NCBI GenBank assembly: GCA_964005815.1 | Contig: CAXFSR010000017.1 | Coordinates: 128,001 to 192,000, forward strand | DNA length: 64,000 nt | DNA from: an uncultured Nitrospinaceae bacterium | Lineage (GTDB): Bacteria > UBA8248 | Reading direction: 5' to 3' | Shown here: piece after piece, positions 61,828-64,000 of the stretch | How positions within the stretch are numbered: position 1 is the first letter of the stretch | Layout: each line of letters starts with the position of its first letter | Notes under the pieces: generated by a model | Told to the model about the DNA's origin: nothing | Databases searched by the model: none | The model's input: the letters and a program-made list of their open reading frames with translations, nothing else | Program-made: the position numbers and the translations under genes

Positions 61828-62505
61828 TCAAGAAACCTCTTCCCCTAACCTTCCATCTCTAATTTCAACTCTTCGTGATGCAGAAAACAAAGCCATAGGA
61901 TCATGACTTACCATCAAAACCGTCACATGACCTTCTTTAGATAAATTAGAGATTAATTCTAAAATTTCCTTTCCTCGATTTGAGTCTAGATTCCCTGTCG
62001 GTTCATCTGCAAGCAACAGAGAAGGGGAATTTATAAACGCTCTTGCTATAGCAACTCGCTGCATCTCTCCACCTGAAAGTTGTTGAGGCAAAAAATTCAT
62101 CCTATTCTCAAGACCGACTTTGATTAACAGATCACCAGACTTTTTCTCTATTTCTTTTTTGTTTTTTCCTGCTAAAACTAAAGGTAAAGATACATTTTCA
62201 ATCGCACTCATTGTAGGCATTAGATTAAAGAACTGATGAACAAAACCAATTTCTTCACGCCTCATCTTACTCAGTTCTCTATCATGAAAATTTACAACAT
62301 TTTTTCCGTTTATAATTATTTCTCCTGATGTTGGAGAATCAATACAACCAATTAAATTTAAAAGAGTACTCTTTCCCGAACCACTAGGGCCAGAAATAGA
62401 AAGAAATTCCCCCTTTTCAACTTTTAAATCAATATTTTCTACTGCATTAAAACGAAATGTTCCTTGAATATATTCTTTGGTAATTTTTTTTAGACTAACT
62501 ATCAA
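61828..62505 (-). CDS. ABC transporter ATP-binding protein (LolD/MacB-like)
   Basis: GPSGSGKST, LSGGEMQRVAIARA and DEPTGNLD motifs; TTG at 62505 after GGAG preferred as start. Confidence 0.93.
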   Translation of the reverse strand: MIVSLKKITKEYIQGTFRFNAVENIDLKVEKGEFLSISGPSGSGKSTLLNLIGCIDSPTSGEIIINGKNVVNFHDRELSKMRREEIGFVHQFFNLMPTMSAIENVSLPLVLAGKNKKEIEKKSGDLLIKVGLENRMNFLPQQLSGGEMQRVAIARAFINSPSLLLADEPTGNLDSNRGKEILELISNLSKEGHVTVLMVSHDPMALFSASRRVEIRDGRLGEEVS

Positions 62506-62579
62506 AAAGAACTCCATTTTTATAGTAAAATACACGTAGATTTATATATGAGAAAAATAATTTTAAAAAGGACATTCTA

Positions 62580-62993
62580 ATGTTTAAATCTATTTCAAAT
62601 ATCTTTTTGATTTGTAAAGACTTAGAAAAATCAAGAAAGTTTTACTCAGATATTTTAGAACTAAAAGAGAAAAAAAGAGAAAGAGATTTTATAAAATATG
62701 AAATTGGTGAAAATTGTCTTGTAATCCATGCTCCAATAAAAGATGAAACAATGGAAGAATGGAATCTAAAACCAGTCAATAAGGACAGGGGTTCAGGAGT
62801 GATTCTCACTTTAGTCCCTGAAAATTTAGAAAATACATATCAAAAGATATTAAAAAACAAAGGGAAGATTCTTTTTCCGCCAAAAGATGTTTCATGGGGA
62901 TATAGAATTTTTATGATAGAAGACCCTAACGGATTTGTGATAGAAATAGGCGAAAAGTCTCATCAAGAAGAACTTACAAACCCTCGAAAATAG
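62580..62993 (+). CDS. VOC/glyoxalase-family protein
   Basis: DLEKSRKFYSDIL and WGYRIFMIEDPNGFVIEI motifs. Confidence 0.88.
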   Translation: MFKSISNIFLICKDLEKSRKFYSDILELKEKKRERDFIKYEIGENCLVIHAPIKDETMEEWNLKPVNKDRGSGVILTLVPENLENTYQKILKNKGKILFPPKDVSWGYRIFMIEDPNGFVIEIGEKSHQEELTNPRK

Positions 62994-63855
62994 AAGTTTC
63001 TTCACCTTTTAATGGTTTTTTACTTTTTACGCAAACAAAAGTTTCTTCGCCATACAACCATCTACCCGTCAAGCGTACAAACCACCAAAAGAAGTTTCCT
63101 GTTATTTGACTCTTATGTTGAACTAGTGCTTTCCATTTTTTCCCTAAAAAAGATCTTATATCTATGTATGTAGTAATTTCATGATCGGGAACACCATATT
63201 TGTCTTCTCTAAAATCTGGATCGTCCAAAGGAGTTTTTGCACCAAAAAATTTCATCCACTTCCATGTTTTAATCATTTTTGATCTTGCCCAGGCAGTATA
63301 ATAAATTTTTTCAACTTTCCAGCAATTTAATTCTTCAGTGATAAATGTAGAATCCTCAGATAGCCTTATCGCTTCGCTAGTGACCTTGTGAGTCATAATA
63401 TGATCTGGATGTCCATAGCCACCTCTTTCGTTATAAGTAATAACGACATGAGGCCTATGTTTTCTAATAAGGAAAGCTACCTTTTGTGAGACCACCGATA
63501 AATCTGCATTCATAAAAGCCTCACTATTATCATTACTATCCCAACCATCCATTCCCGAATCTTTATATCCAAGGGTATATAATCTTTGCACACCCAATAT
63601 TTTTGTAGCTTTTTTTAATTCCGAAATACGAATTTCTCCTAATCGTTCTTGTGGTGATGACGCACTTTTGATGTCTTTCTCAAGACTCCTATCTTTGATT
63701 TCTCCCATTTCTCCATTAGTACATGTAACAAGTATAACTTCATGTCCATCTTTTACAGATTTGATAATTAATCCACCTGTAGAACTACATTCATCGTCTG
63801 GATGAGCGTGTACTATTAGTAACGAATACGAAGATTTTTGTTGGTTAGATTTCAA
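62974..63855 (-). CDS. PIG-L-family deacetylase (MshB/Mca-like)
   Basis: HAHPDDE, TCTNGEMGE, YKDSGM, GGYGHPDH and HKSQ motifs. Confidence 0.88.
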   Translation of the reverse strand: MKSNQQKSSYSLLIVHAHPDDECSSTGGLIIKSVKDGHEVILVTCTNGEMGEIKDRSLEKDIKSASSPQERLGEIRISELKKATKILGVQRLYTLGYKDSGMDGWDSNDNSEAFMNADLSVVSQKVAFLIRKHRPHVVITYNERGGYGHPDHIMTHKVTSEAIRLSEDSTFITEELNCWKVEKIYYTAWARSKMIKTWKWMKFFGAKTPLDDPDFREDKYGVPDHEITTYIDIRSFLGKKWKALVQHKSQITGNFFWWFVRLTGRWLYGEETFVCVKSKKPLKGEETSIFEGL

Positions 63856-63871
63856 AATAGAAGAAAAAAAT

Positions 63872-64000
63872 CTATTGATGTTCCCAAATATCGCCTGTTC
63901 TTAAAAGACTATCTAAATCAGGATCTTTCTTAGATTGCGCATCTTTTACTTGACTTTCTACACCTTGTTCAAAGACCGGTCTATTAATTTGCCTTAGTAT
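63872..64000 (-). CDS. 3' end of probable 2-oxoacid:ferredoxin oxidoreductase beta subunit (partial)
   Basis: Manual translation ILRQINRPVFEQGVESQVKDAQSKKDPDLDSLLRTGDIWEHQ* resembles KorB-type C-termini. Confidence 0.6.
   Translation of the reverse strand: MLRQINRPVFEQGVESQVKDAQSKKDPDLDSLLRTGDIWEHQ

Noticed and set aside
58118..62505. ABC ATPase + double FtsX permease + AttH-like protein as a novel system
   Set aside because: This is a known widespread three-gene arrangement (AttEFGH-like), although its substrate is unclear.

Overview
AT-rich bacterial chromosomal segment, densely coding, with no phage, transposon or CRISPR signal. It mixes housekeeping genes (typA, priA, tyrS, coaD, sdhCAB, ilvD, metX, ppnP, tRNA-Asn) with many catabolic and redox enzymes: three tandem acetamidase/formamidase paralogs, two Gfo/Idh/MocA paralogs, an LLM monooxygenase with FMN reductase, SDRs, amidohydrolases and an orphan molybdopterin oxidoreductase. 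The main hidden signal is three genes that the ORF track truncates or misses. Each has an in-frame TGA exactly where a redox or metal-binding Cys is expected, followed by a SECIS-like hairpin whose G-initiated loop lies 20-24 nt downstream. They are a DsbA/FrnE-like UPFC protein (13730-14362), a small MerT/MerF-like membrane protein with a CU motif (15864-16151) and a DsbA-like protein with an unusual UPWA motif (25915-26598, minus strand). All three are predicted selenoproteins; the Sec machinery (selABCD) is not in this window. Also notable is a MetX-NIL domain fusion. All family calls come from motif recognition by eye, not database searches.
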